Source: Candidatus Nealsonbacteria bacterium (GTDB taxonomy: Bacteria > Patescibacteriota > Minisyncoccia > Minisyncoccales > MHMH01). From it: a DNA stretch of 64,000 nt. Below the pieces are notes generated by a model, which worked only from the letters and a program-made list of their open reading frames with translations, made no database searches and was not told where the DNA came from. Shown piece by piece: positions 18,391 through 26,854 of the stretch (the stretch's first letter is position 1; every line of letters begins with the position of its first letter). Where the stretch lies: the NCBI GenBank assembly GCA_016188865.1, contig JACPGX010000001.1, positions 205,197 through 269,196 of the forward strand, written 5' to 3'. A program made the translations under genes and the position numbers.

Positions 18391-19617
18391 TTAAGGAATG
18401 AAAAATTTAAATGCCTTTTTTATTTTTTCAGCAAAACCGCTGTTTAAAACAGGAATAATTATTCCGCCAGCGTCCATTTCTAAATCTGACCCCTCTAAAA
18501 TAAGCCCGACTGCCGCACTTATAGACGGATCTCCGCTCAAACCGGCTATTCCTTCGGGCAAGCCAATCCGGCAGGGCAGTTTTGTTTCTTTTTTGGCAAA
18601 CTCTACAATTTTAGGCAGCATAGCTCCCCCGCCGGTTAAAACTATGCCGGCTGGCAATATTGATTTTGGAGAAACCCTCTTTAATTCCTGGAGGGCTAAG
18701 CTGAATATTTCAGAAACTCTCGCTTCAATAATTTTTACCAGCATTTTATGGTTGAAAACTAGGGGCTCTCCGTTGCCCGGATGCTGCGGCGGAATAATTT
18801 TTTCTTTTTTATCGCCTCCTTTCAAGACGCAGGAACCAAATTCTTTTTTAATTTTTTCAGCTGTTTCAATATCGGTTTTCAAGCCAATGGCTATGTCATG
18901 GGTAATCAATTCCGAACCTACAGGAAATACGGCTAAATGCGCCAAGTCGCCCTCTTCATAAAGCGCCATATCAGTCGTGCCGGCTCCGATATCCAATAAG
19001 CAAACCCCCAATTCTTTCTGCTGGGGAGTTAAAACCGCCCTGGCTGCAGCTATGGCAGAAGGAATAATGTCGGAAATTTGAAAACCTGCTTCTAAAACAG
19101 CTGCTGTCAAATTTTTCAAAAAAGGCGAGAAAGCGCAAAGAGCTAAAATTTTTACCTCGAGGCGCAATCCCTGCATATTGAGAGGGTCTTTGATTTTACC
19201 TTGGTCGTCAACAATAAATTCTCTGGGGAAAATATTCAAAATTTCCTTGTTAGACGGCAAAGAAAATGTTTGGGCTGTTTGAATAACCCTATTTTTATCT
19301 TCTTCAGAAATTCTCTGGTCTGCCCTGGAAACCACTATAGAACCTGAAGAGGGAGTGGCAAAAATATGGCTGCCGCCGATGTTGATATAAACGTCTTCGA
19401 TTTTTTGGCCGAGTTCTTGGCTAAGCTGGGCCATCGCTTCGGAAATTCTTTTTGAAACTTCTTCCGGCTTCACGACCGTTCCCCGCCTCAAACCAAAAGA
19501 AGGATAACGGGCCTGCCCCAAGACCTCAAGATTTCTATTATCGGTTTTTACAGCGGCTAAAACTTTAATTTCGCTGGTGCCGATATCCAATCCGCAAATT
19601 ATACGATTTTTAGCCAT
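18391..19617 (-). CDS. ftsA: Cell-division protein FtsA
   Basis: Actin-fold motifs GLDIGTS and DIGAGTTD. Located upstream of ftsZ. Confidence 0.93.
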   Translation of the reverse strand: MAKNRIICGLDIGTSEIKVLAAVKTDNRNLEVLGQARYPSFGLRRGTVVKPEEVSKRISEAMAQLSQELGQKIEDVYINIGGSHIFATPSSGSIVVSRADQRISEEDKNRVIQTAQTFSLPSNKEILNIFPREFIVDDQGKIKDPLNMQGLRLEVKILALCAFSPFLKNLTAAVLEAGFQISDIIPSAIAAARAVLTPQQKELGVCLLDIGAGTTDMALYEEGDLAHLAVFPVGSELITHDIAIGLKTDIETAEKIKKEFGSCVLKGGDKKEKIIPPQHPGNGEPLVFNHKMLVKIIEARVSEIFSLALQELKRVSPKSILPAGIVLTGGGAMLPKIVEFAKKETKLPCRIGLPEGIAGLSGDPSISAAVGLILEGSDLEMDAGGIIIPVLNSGFAEKIKKAFKFFIP

Positions 19618-20080
19618 GGAGTGATTCTTTAACTATTTGGGAAACCAAATTACCGTTGGCGCGGCCCTTGACCTGCGGCATAAGAATTACCATCACTTTG
19701 CCCATATCTTTTTGCTCTTTGGCGCCGGACTTTGCAACAGCTTGAATAACTAATTTTTTAATTTCATCTGCCGATAATTGTTCGGGCAGATATTTTTGCA
19801 AAATCTCCAGTTCTGACTTTTCTTTTGCTGCCAACTCTGACCTCCCGCCTTTTTCATATAACTCTGCTGCTTCTTTTCTTTTTTTTGCTTCCAAAGAAAC
19901 TACTTCCAAAATCTCTTCATCGGTTAATAAAGTATCTTGATTTTCTTTTAGTTTGTATCTTTTATCTTTCTCTTTGTTTAAAATTGAAGCTAAAAGCATT
20001 CTCAAAACAGAAGTTTTTAATTCTTTTTTAGCTTTTAAGGCTTCGATCAAGTCTTGCTGAATTTTTTCTTTGAAGGACAT
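19610..20080 (-). CDS. GatB/YqeY-domain protein
   Basis: Helical 156-aa protein with the typical YqeY N-terminus. Confidence 0.75.
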   Translation of the reverse strand: MSFKEKIQQDLIEALKAKKELKTSVLRMLLASILNKEKDKRYKLKENQDTLLTDEEILEVVSLEAKKRKEAAELYEKGGRSELAAKEKSELEILQKYLPEQLSADEIKKLVIQAVAKSGAKEQKDMGKVMVILMPQVKGRANGNLVSQIVKESLHG

Positions 20081-20105
20081 AATCTATCTTTAATTTTTCC
20101 CCGCC

Positions 20106-20345
20106 TCAATACCTCCTCGCTTTAGGCGAATCTAGTTTGCCCAATTTCTTAAGCTTTTCGTATTCTTTTCTTGTTTCTTCCCTCCTTAAAGCGGCTTTCT
20201 TTCTTGCTAAACGGCTCTTTGGCCTATGCAAAAACTGGCGCTTTCTTGCGCCAAATAAAACGCCGCTTTGCTGCACTCCTTTGGCAAAGCGCCTGACTAA
20301 AGCTTGAGACGATTCGGTTGATTGTTTTTTGACTTCTATAACCAT
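20106..20345 (-). CDS. rpsU: 30S ribosomal protein S21
   Basis: Basic 79-aa protein containing ALVRRFAK..RKRQF..KPS..RK. Confidence 0.8.
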   Translation of the reverse strand: MVIEVKKQSTESSQALVRRFAKGVQQSGVLFGARKRQFLHRPKSRLARKKAALRREETRKEYEKLKKLGKLDSPKARRY

Positions 20346-20671
20346 AATAGTTTTTTTCCTCCCAATAAATGCAAATGAAGATGATCGACTGTTTGCCCGG
20401 CATCTCTGCCGACGTTAAAAATTAACCTGTAGCCCGATTGCAAAGTGGCCTGATTCTCGGCAATTTTTTTAGCCGTTAGAATCATCTCTCCAATTAATTC
20501 TTTATCATGTAATTCAATCTGGTCAAGGGGCGGCACATGTTCTTTGGGAATTATTAAGATGTGAAAGGGAGCTATAGGATTAATATCCTTAAAAGCTATA
20601 AAATTTTTATCTTCATAAATAATTTCGGACGCTATTTCTTTATGGACGATTTTGCAGAAAATGCAATCCAT
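20336..20671 (-). CDS. HIT-family nucleotide hydrolase
   Basis: CIFCKI and histidine triad HLHLHLLGG. Confidence 0.92.
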   Translation of the reverse strand: MDCIFCKIVHKEIASEIIYEDKNFIAFKDINPIAPFHILIIPKEHVPPLDQIELHDKELIGEMILTAKKIAENQATLQSGYRLIFNVGRDAGQTVDHLHLHLLGGKKLLWL

Positions 20672-20674
20672 AAT

Positions 20675-21976
20675 TTATTTTTCCAATCTTTTCTGCATTT
20701 CTGCAATTACTTTCTCTATTTTTACTATATCTTGCTTGCCCGATCGCATATCTCTAATTATTATTGTCCCTTCCAAGGCTTCTTTCTGCCCTAAAATCAA
20801 AGCATAAACCGCTCCTATTTTATCGGCTGATCTCAACTGAGTTTTTAAAGAATCTTTCCCTAAAGATTCGGCAATAGGAATCTTAGCTTTTCTGAATTCT
20901 TCAGAGAGCCGCAGGCTTTTTCTTTTGGCTAATTCTCCCAATTGAGCTAAGAAAACTTTTATTTGGGACGGCTCTTTTCCCTGACTCGCGTCGAAGGACT
21001 TTTTTTGCCTTTCTTTTAAAACTTGGACTATTCTTTCTACGCCAGCTGCAGCGCCTGTTGCGGGGACATCTTTACCTGATAAAATTTTCACTAAAGCATC
21101 GAATCTCCCTCCGCCCGCTAAAGCTCCCAAGGCTTTGCCCTGCTCGGTGTCTTCAAAAATTTCAAAAACAGTTTTAGTATAATAATCTAAGCCTCTGACC
21201 AAATACGGGTTAAGCCTGTAAGGAAGCTCGGCTTCATCTAAAAATTCCAGAACTTGCTTAAAATGTACCTTGCATTCGTCGCAGAGATGATCAATAATTT
21301 GCGGAGCATGAGCTTTTACCGGTTGGCATTTTTCTTCTTTGCAGTCAAGAACCCTTAAGGGATTTTCCCTAAGCCTTCTTCGGCAATCAGAGCAGAGAGA
21401 ACTCTCGCGGGCTTTTAAATAATTTGTCAGTAATTTTTTATAATAAGGCCGGCATTGGCTGTCTCCGATGCTGTTTACTTCTATGACAAGATTTTTAAAT
21501 TTCAACTCTTTAAGGATATTATGAAAAATTTGTATAATCTGAGTATCTATCGCCGGGCTTTTTTCGCCAAAAGATTCGAGATCAATCTGATGAAATTGGC
21601 GGAAACGTCCAAATTGCGGCCTTTCGTAGCGGAAAAGAGGGCCGGAAGTATAAAGTTTAACCGGTTGAGACAGGTTAAACATGCCATGCTCAATGTACGA
21701 GCGCGAAATGGCAGCGGTAAACTCCGGGCGCAATGCCAAATAATCTCCTCCCTTGCTCTTGAAAGTGTACATTTGCTTTTCAACTATGTCCGTCGTCAAG
21801 CCTACACCTTTAGAAAATAACTCGGCATCTTCAATGATTGGCGTATCTATTCTTTGGAAACCATAAAACTCTGCCACATGGGCCGCAGTATTGTAAATTT
21901 TTTGATAAATCGGCTGGTCTTCCGGCAATATGTCGTGCATGCCGGAAGGTGTCTGAAATTTTGCTTGTTTTGTCAT
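20675..21976 (-). CDS. hisS: Histidine--tRNA ligase
   Basis: Class II motifs including RPEFTA and GGGRFD. Confidence 0.95.
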   Translation of the reverse strand: MTKQAKFQTPSGMHDILPEDQPIYQKIYNTAAHVAEFYGFQRIDTPIIEDAELFSKGVGLTTDIVEKQMYTFKSKGGDYLALRPEFTAAISRSYIEHGMFNLSQPVKLYTSGPLFRYERPQFGRFRQFHQIDLESFGEKSPAIDTQIIQIFHNILKELKFKNLVIEVNSIGDSQCRPYYKKLLTNYLKARESSLCSDCRRRLRENPLRVLDCKEEKCQPVKAHAPQIIDHLCDECKVHFKQVLEFLDEAELPYRLNPYLVRGLDYYTKTVFEIFEDTEQGKALGALAGGGRFDALVKILSGKDVPATGAAAGVERIVQVLKERQKKSFDASQGKEPSQIKVFLAQLGELAKRKSLRLSEEFRKAKIPIAESLGKDSLKTQLRSADKIGAVYALILGQKEALEGTIIIRDMRSGKQDIVKIEKVIAEMQKRLEK

Positions 21977-21986
21977 TATTTAAAAA

Positions 21987-22535
21987 TTAATAATCGGGCG
22001 CTTCAATCATTGCCATGGCGGCAAATGGCCAAACCCTCAAAAGAACCTTGCCAATAATATTTTCTCTGGGCAGAGTACCCCACCGTCTCGAATCGGAAGA
22101 AGCAACCCTATTGTCACCTAAAACAAAATATTCGCCGTCGGCCAGCTGAACTTCTGTGCTGCCAGATGTTTCAATAAATACAGGAAGATAGCTTAGTTCA
22201 TCTAAAATTTGCGGAACGCCGTTTGAGTTGTAAACATTTACTTTGCCATATTTAATTTCTACTATTTCTCCCGGCAATCCAATAATTCTTTTAATATAGC
22301 GCTGGCTGGTATTTCCCGGATATTTAAAAACAATCACTTCTCCTCTCTGGGGATCTCTCATCCTGTAAGAAATTTCATCGACAATCAAATAATCGCCGTT
22401 TTGAAAATTCGGCTCCATCGATGCGCCCTTCACAAAGAATGGCTGAAAAATAAAATACCTGATAGGCACCACTATCAGTAAAGCAATAATCACAATTTTT
22501 GACATTTCCCAAATAAAAAGAAAGAAGCTTCTCAT
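21987..22535 (-). CDS. lepB: Signal peptidase I
   Basis: GASMEP, KRIIGLPGE, GDNRVASSDSR. Confidence 0.93.
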   Translation of the reverse strand: MRSFFLFIWEMSKIVIIALLIVVPIRYFIFQPFFVKGASMEPNFQNGDYLIVDEISYRMRDPQRGEVIVFKYPGNTSQRYIKRIIGLPGEIVEIKYGKVNVYNSNGVPQILDELSYLPVFIETSGSTEVQLADGEYFVLGDNRVASSDSRRWGTLPRENIIGKVLLRVWPFAAMAMIEAPDY

Positions 22536-22575
22536 GTGCTTCCACTATTATAACAAAGTGATAAAATAAAACAAT

Positions 22576-23037
22576 ATGTTAATCGTCGGTCTGGGCAATC
22601 CGGGGAAAAAGTATAAAAATACCCGGCATAATGTCGGCCATATGGTTATTGATGAATTAGAGAAAGAAAATCTCGATGGTTTTACTTTGGCAAAAACCGA
22701 TGCTTTTATGAATGAATCCGGTATGGCAGTTAAAAAATTAACTAAAAACTATAAACTAAAAACCATAAACCTGGTTATAGTTCACGACGATATTGATTTG
22801 CCTTTAGGTGAATTCAAAATACAGAAAGGCCGGGGAGCAGCCGGACACAAGGGCGTGCAATCGGTTATAAATGAATTAAAAACAAAAGATTTTTGGCGAG
22901 TACGAATCGGCATCTGCCCCAAGGGGGGAAAACCTGCAAATGTTGAAAAATTCGTTTTGCAAAACTTCACCAAAGAAGAACAAAAAATTCTAACTGGAAT
23001 AATTTCCGAAATCCCAAATTACCTCCCGAAGGTGTAG
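22576..23037 (+). CDS. pth: Peptidyl-tRNA hydrolase (short, 153 aa)
   Basis: GLGNPG..Y..TRHNVG and HDDIDLPLG. The last 5 codons lie in the hairpin at 23021-23055. Confidence 0.88.
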   Translation: MLIVGLGNPGKKYKNTRHNVGHMVIDELEKENLDGFTLAKTDAFMNESGMAVKKLTKNYKLKTINLVIVHDDIDLPLGEFKIQKGRGAAGHKGVQSVINELKTKDFWRVRIGICPKGGKPANVEKFVLQNFTKEEQKILTGIISEIPNYLPKV

Positions 23038-23055
23038 CGTAAACCTTCGGGAGGT
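23021..23055. repeat. 13-bp perfect hairpin acctcccgaaggt/accttcgggaggt spanning the pth stop codon
   Basis: The left arm encodes ..YLPKV and the stop codon sits in the loop. Confidence 0.8.
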
Positions 23056-23079
23056 GAACGCTGATGGATTTCGGAAATC

Positions 23080-23110
23080 AAAAAGCTGAGGCGTTAACCT
23101 CGGCTTTTTT
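23080..23110. terminator. Bidirectional terminator between pth (+) and the 23120-23353 gene (-)
   Basis: aaaaagctgagg..cctcggctttttt, with A/T runs on both sides. Confidence 0.7.
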
Positions 23111-23119
23111 GTTTTGCCT

Positions 23120-23353
23120 CTAGTCGGTTGTTCCCTCGCTTCCCATGCCTGTTGGTTGCCTTACGGTCTTTTCTTCTATAATATCGCCAATATTGGCAAT
23201 AACGCTTTCTCTCAAATCAGTACTGCCGCATTCCGGACAAGGGCCTTCATGCGATAAGGGCAGTATCATGCCGCACTCGCAGAGTTTTCCTCCAATATGG
23301 GAAACAACTTGGCCATCAGCTCTGATAACTCGGTATTTTTGCTCATTAGCCAT
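23120..23353 (-). CDS. Small zinc-ribbon protein
   Basis: CxC..CPEC pattern, with a strong AAGGAGG RBS. Confidence 0.6.
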   Translation of the reverse strand: MANEQKYRVIRADGQVVSHIGGKLCECGMILPLSHEGPCPECGSTDLRESVIANIGDIIEEKTVRQPTGMGSEGTTD

Positions 23354-23370
23354 CCAGCGCCTCCTTCTTT

Positions 23371-23796
23371 TTATTTTCTCAGCTTTCTTAAAAGTTCTTG
23401 GGCCATTCCTCGCTGAATGCCGTATATATCAAAGTTCTTATCATAGATAATTTTGCAAGGAAACCACTGGGCATCCAGAATTTCATCTGGGTCTATTTTT
23501 ATCGTTCCCGGAGTAGGATAGCCGATGAAAGCGACTTTTAAATAATCTTTCTGCCTTCTTTCTACCCTTATTCGCGAATTAACTTCCGGAAAAATGCCGA
23601 TTTCATGTAGAACCTCTCTTTCTGCTACAGCAATTTCGTCTTTGTCTTGAGGCTCACCTCTGCCTCCGGACATTCCCCACTTAGACGGCTTTGGAAAAGT
23701 TTCACCGTTCGGCTTTGTGATTAGTTTCTCCTTTTCCAGTACAAAGAGAATTTGATTATCATCAAGCATCAGCACTTTCACATCAATATCTTCCAT
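23371..23796 (-). CDS. NUDIX hydrolase
   Basis: Nudix box GGRGEPQDKDEIAVAEREVLHEIG. Confidence 0.85.
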   Translation of the reverse strand: MEDIDVKVLMLDDNQILFVLEKEKLITKPNGETFPKPSKWGMSGGRGEPQDKDEIAVAEREVLHEIGIFPEVNSRIRVERRQKDYLKVAFIGYPTPGTIKIDPDEILDAQWFPCKIIYDKNFDIYGIQRGMAQELLRKLRK

Positions 23797-23973
23797 TTTC
23801 CGCCTCCCTTAATCTACCCGCGAGACCGCAGTGATTTGAAGGCGCATAAAGCGCCTTGCCGCGAAGAGTCCTGGGATTCTTAATCCCATACCCGGCCTTC
23901 TAGACTTAAAGTATCGTCCAGAATACCACTCGCGAGCAGGTTAAGGAAAGGGAAATTTTGACAAGTTGCTAAC
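23797..23973 (-). promoter_or_regulatory. ~175-nt GC-rich structured 5' leader of the NUDIX operon (candidate riboswitch or regulatory RNA, unclassified)
   Basis: 8-bp closing helix CUCGCGAG/CUCGCGGG encloses three hairpins, including GGGAUU-AAG-AAUCCC and AAGGCGC-UUUAU-GCGCCUU. The RBS AAGGGAGG follows directly. Confidence 0.4.
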
Positions 23974-24009
23974 TGTGTACTATATATCACATATAGATGG
24001 AAAAGTCAA
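23958..24009. promoter_or_regulatory. Face-to-face promoters sharing one palindromic -10 box: TTGACA-17-TATATA-17-AGTCAA
   Basis: Plus strand: -35 at 23958-63 and -10 at 23981-86, driving mfd (ATG 23997). Minus strand: -35 is revcomp of 24004-09 with the same -10, driving the NUDIX leader. Confidence 0.55.
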
Positions 24010-26024
24010 CGGTGCCGGGTGTTAAATCGATTCTAATCGTCAGTATCAACCCCTACTTTTTAGACAGGGAGAATTTTTGGTTTGAAGAAAATATCAAACA
24101 AATACTGGAAGCGCGGAAAAATCAAACCTTCTTTCAAGATAATACCATATATGTAGACGTAGAAAAAAGCCCCGCCTTCGCCAAGGCTTCGGCGGGCAAG
24201 CAGAAAATTAAGCTTTCTGAATTTTTAAGAAAAATTGATGAAATGGGCTATGAAAAAGTTCAAAAGGTCTCCGAGCCCGGAGAATTTTCCCGCCAAGGAG
24301 GAATTATTGATATTTTCCCGTTAAATATAAATTGTGCCGTTAGAATTGAATTTTTCGGCAACTCAATAGAAAACATGGAAAAACTGCCCATTATTATTGA
24401 AAATGAAAAAGAAATCAAAGAAAGAATAAAAAATAAACTGAAAAGGCAGAAAATTTACTCGCAATTGGGAACATTAAAGCCGGGTGATTATTTGGTGCAT
24501 CTAGACCACGGCGTCGGAATTTACAGAGGTCGGACCTCCCAAGGAGGTCCGACCTCAAACGACTCAAACGATTACTACACATTGGAATATGCCCAGAACG
24601 ATAAACTCTATGTTCCGATTGGGCTGGAAAGAAAACTTTCAAGATATGTTGGATTTTCAGAGCCGAAAATATCGCGGCTAAGCTCGCCCGTCTGGATAAA
24701 CACCAAAAGAAAAATTAAAGAAGAAACTGAAAAACTAGCTAAAGAACTTTTGGAAATTTACGCCCAGAGAGAAATTTCAACTCGCCCATATTATATAGAA
24801 GATACGGAAATTGACGCCTTGCTGGCAAGTACTTTTGTTCACGAAGAAACTCCGGATCAAATCCAAGCCATGGAAGAAATTAAAAAAGATTTGGAAGAAA
24901 AAGAAGAGCCAATGGACAGAATTGTTTGCGGCGACGTGGGTTTTGGCAAAACTGAAATTGCCTTAAGGACCATTATTAAAGCGGTCAATTCCGGATATCA
25001 ATCGGCTTTGATTTGCCCAACCACTATTTTGGCCTCGCAGCATTGCCAGACTTTCCAAAAAAGAATTGGTGATCTTCCGATAAAAGTTGAATTATTAAGC
25101 CGTCTTCAATCAAAGAGGGAGCAGAAACAAATAATTCAAAATATCAAAGATGGCAAAACAGATATCGTTATAGGAACCCACCGCCTTTTATCAAATGACG
25201 TTAACTTTAAAAACTTAGGATTGCTGGTTATTGACGATGAACAAAGATTCGGAGTCAGGCAGAAAGAAAAATTAAAAAAAATAAGGACTTCCCTAGATGT
25301 TTTATCGCTTTCAGCCACGCCAATTCCCAGAACCCTCTACTTGGCCATGTCTTCTTTAAAAGATATCAGCATAATTCAAACGCCGCCTGCTCAACGGCTT
25401 CCGATTAAAACTTTGGTAAAACCATGGTCAAAAGAAATCATTAAAAAGGCAATTCAGGAAGAAATTTCGCGCAACGGCCAAGTTTATTACCTGCACAATC
25501 GCGTAGAAACTATTGAAACAGCAAAAAAATTGCTGGAAGATTTACTGCCGAAAGTAAAATTTGGAATTATCCACGGCAAAATGGAAGAAAAAAATTTAAT
25601 AAAGATAATGGATGATTTTACCAATAAAAAAATTGGCGTTTTAATCGCTACCACCATTATTGAAAACGGCCTGGACCTGCCCAATGTCAACACTTTAATT
25701 GCGGCCAATGCCGCCAAACTCGGACTTTCCCAGGCATATCAAATAAGAGGCAGAATCGGCAGGTCGCACATTCAGGCATTCGCTTATTTCTTGCATGGCG
25801 GCAATCTTTCTGAGCTAGCAAAGGAAAGATTAAGAGCTTTAAAAGAGGCGGAAGAGCTTGGTTCGGGATACCGAATTGCCATGAAAGATTTGGAACTTCG
25901 GGGCGCCGGCAACATTCTAGGAAAAGAGCAATCAGGCAACATCAACCATGTGGGACTGAATCTATATTGTCAAATGTTATCCGATGCGATTGAAAAACTG
26001 AAGGCTTACGATTATAATAAATAA
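23997..26024 (+). CDS. mfd: Transcription-repair coupling factor Mfd (short form, 675 aa)
   Basis: RNAP-interaction module PGDYLVHLDHGVGIY, helicase motifs DVGFGKTE and DDEQRFG, and a TRG-like region. Confidence 0.9.
   Translation: MEKSTVPGVKSILIVSINPYFLDRENFWFEENIKQILEARKNQTFFQDNTIYVDVEKSPAFAKASAGKQKIKLSEFLRKIDEMGYEKVQKVSEPGEFSRQGGIIDIFPLNINCAVRIEFFGNSIENMEKLPIIIENEKEIKERIKNKLKRQKIYSQLGTLKPGDYLVHLDHGVGIYRGRTSQGGPTSNDSNDYYTLEYAQNDKLYVPIGLERKLSRYVGFSEPKISRLSSPVWINTKRKIKEETEKLAKELLEIYAQREISTRPYYIEDTEIDALLASTFVHEETPDQIQAMEEIKKDLEEKEEPMDRIVCGDVGFGKTEIALRTIIKAVNSGYQSALICPTTILASQHCQTFQKRIGDLPIKVELLSRLQSKREQKQIIQNIKDGKTDIVIGTHRLLSNDVNFKNLGLLVIDDEQRFGVRQKEKLKKIRTSLDVLSLSATPIPRTLYLAMSSLKDISIIQTPPAQRLPIKTLVKPWSKEIIKKAIQEEISRNGQVYYLHNRVETIETAKKLLEDLLPKVKFGIIHGKMEEKNLIKIMDDFTNKKIGVLIATTIIENGLDLPNVNTLIAANAAKLGLSQAYQIRGRIGRSHIQAFAYFLHGGNLSELAKERLRALKEAEELGSGYRIAMKDLELRGAGNILGKEQSGNINHVGLNLYCQMLSDAIEKLKAYDYNK
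24526..24556. repeat. PE hairpin element, short-loop copy in-frame in mfd (gaggtcggacctcc-caa-ggaggtccgacctc)
   Basis: 14-bp perfect stem translated RGRTSQGGPTS. The arm sequence matches the copies at 9026 and 34384. Confidence 0.9.
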
Positions 26025-26030
26025 ATTATC

Positions 26031-26057
26031 AATCTTACGAGGCGAAGCCTCGTAAAT
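26031..26057. repeat. REP-2 hairpin, 5'-flank copy (ttacgaggc-gaa-gcctcgtaa)
   Basis: Lies 12 nt upstream of the RAYT-2 ATG. Confidence 0.9.
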
Positions 26058-26069
26058 TCGTAAATTTTA

Positions 26070-26783
26070 ATGAAGAGAGTAATATTCGCCAAAGATCAAA
26101 TCTATCATGTTTATAATCGCGGTGTAGAAAAACGAAATATCTTTTTAGATGATAAAGATTATTTTCGGTTTATTCACAATCTCTTTGAATTTAACGATGA
26201 AAAACCAGCAGAAAATATTTATTATAAACAACCAATGCTTCAGTCGCAGAAAATACAATCTTACGAGGCTTCGCCTCGTAAGATTAATATGCCTAGAAAA
26301 TTACTAGTAGAAATTATGGCATTTTGTCTGATGCCCAATCACTATCATTTATTGCTAAGACAAAAACAAGATAGGGGGATCACCAGATTTATGCAAAAAT
26401 TAGGTACTGGATATTCTATGTATTTTAATCAAAAGCACGAAAGAACCGGAATTTTATTCCAGGGACCGTTCAAGGCCATTTTAGTCGATAGGGAAACTTA
26501 TTTTTATTATTTACCATATTACATTCACTTTAATCCCCTAGATTTGATTGAGCCAGAATGGAGAAATGGCAAAATTAATAATTACAAAGAAGCCTTAAAT
26601 TTTCTGGAAAATTATCGCTGGTCAAGCCATCTTGATTATATTGGCAAGAAAAATTTTCCCTCGGTGACCCAACGGGAATTTCTTTTAGAATACCATCAAA
26701 ATGGAAACCGATATAAACAATCTATTGAAAATTGGCTAAAAGAAATACAACTAGAAAAAATAAAAGATATAATGCTGGAATAA
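26070..26783 (+). CDS. REP-associated tyrosine transposase-like protein (IS200/Y1 HUH family), paralog 2
   Basis: DQIYHVYNRG, FCLMPNHYHLLL, YYIHFNP. Confidence 0.85.
   Translation: MKRVIFAKDQIYHVYNRGVEKRNIFLDDKDYFRFIHNLFEFNDEKPAENIYYKQPMLQSQKIQSYEASPRKINMPRKLLVEIMAFCLMPNHYHLLLRQKQDRGITRFMQKLGTGYSMYFNQKHERTGILFQGPFKAILVDRETYFYYLPYYIHFNPLDLIEPEWRNGKINNYKEALNFLENYRWSSHLDYIGKKNFPSVTQREFLLEYHQNGNRYKQSIENWLKEIQLEKIKDIMLE
26257..26285. repeat. REP-2 hairpin, internal in-frame copy (loop inverted: ttc)
   Basis: aatcttacgaggc-ttc-gcctcgtaagatt, translated QSYEASPRKI. Confidence 0.9.
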
Positions 26784-26811
26784 ATCTTACGAGGCGAAGC
26801 CTCGTAAGATT
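26783..26811. repeat. REP-2 hairpin, 3'-flank copy
   Basis: aatcttacgaggc-gaa-gcctcgtaagatt, starting at the last base of the stop codon. Confidence 0.9.
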
Positions 26812-26854
26812 GAGGGACGATAGAAAAATTAAAAACTAAATGTTGAACTAAAAA

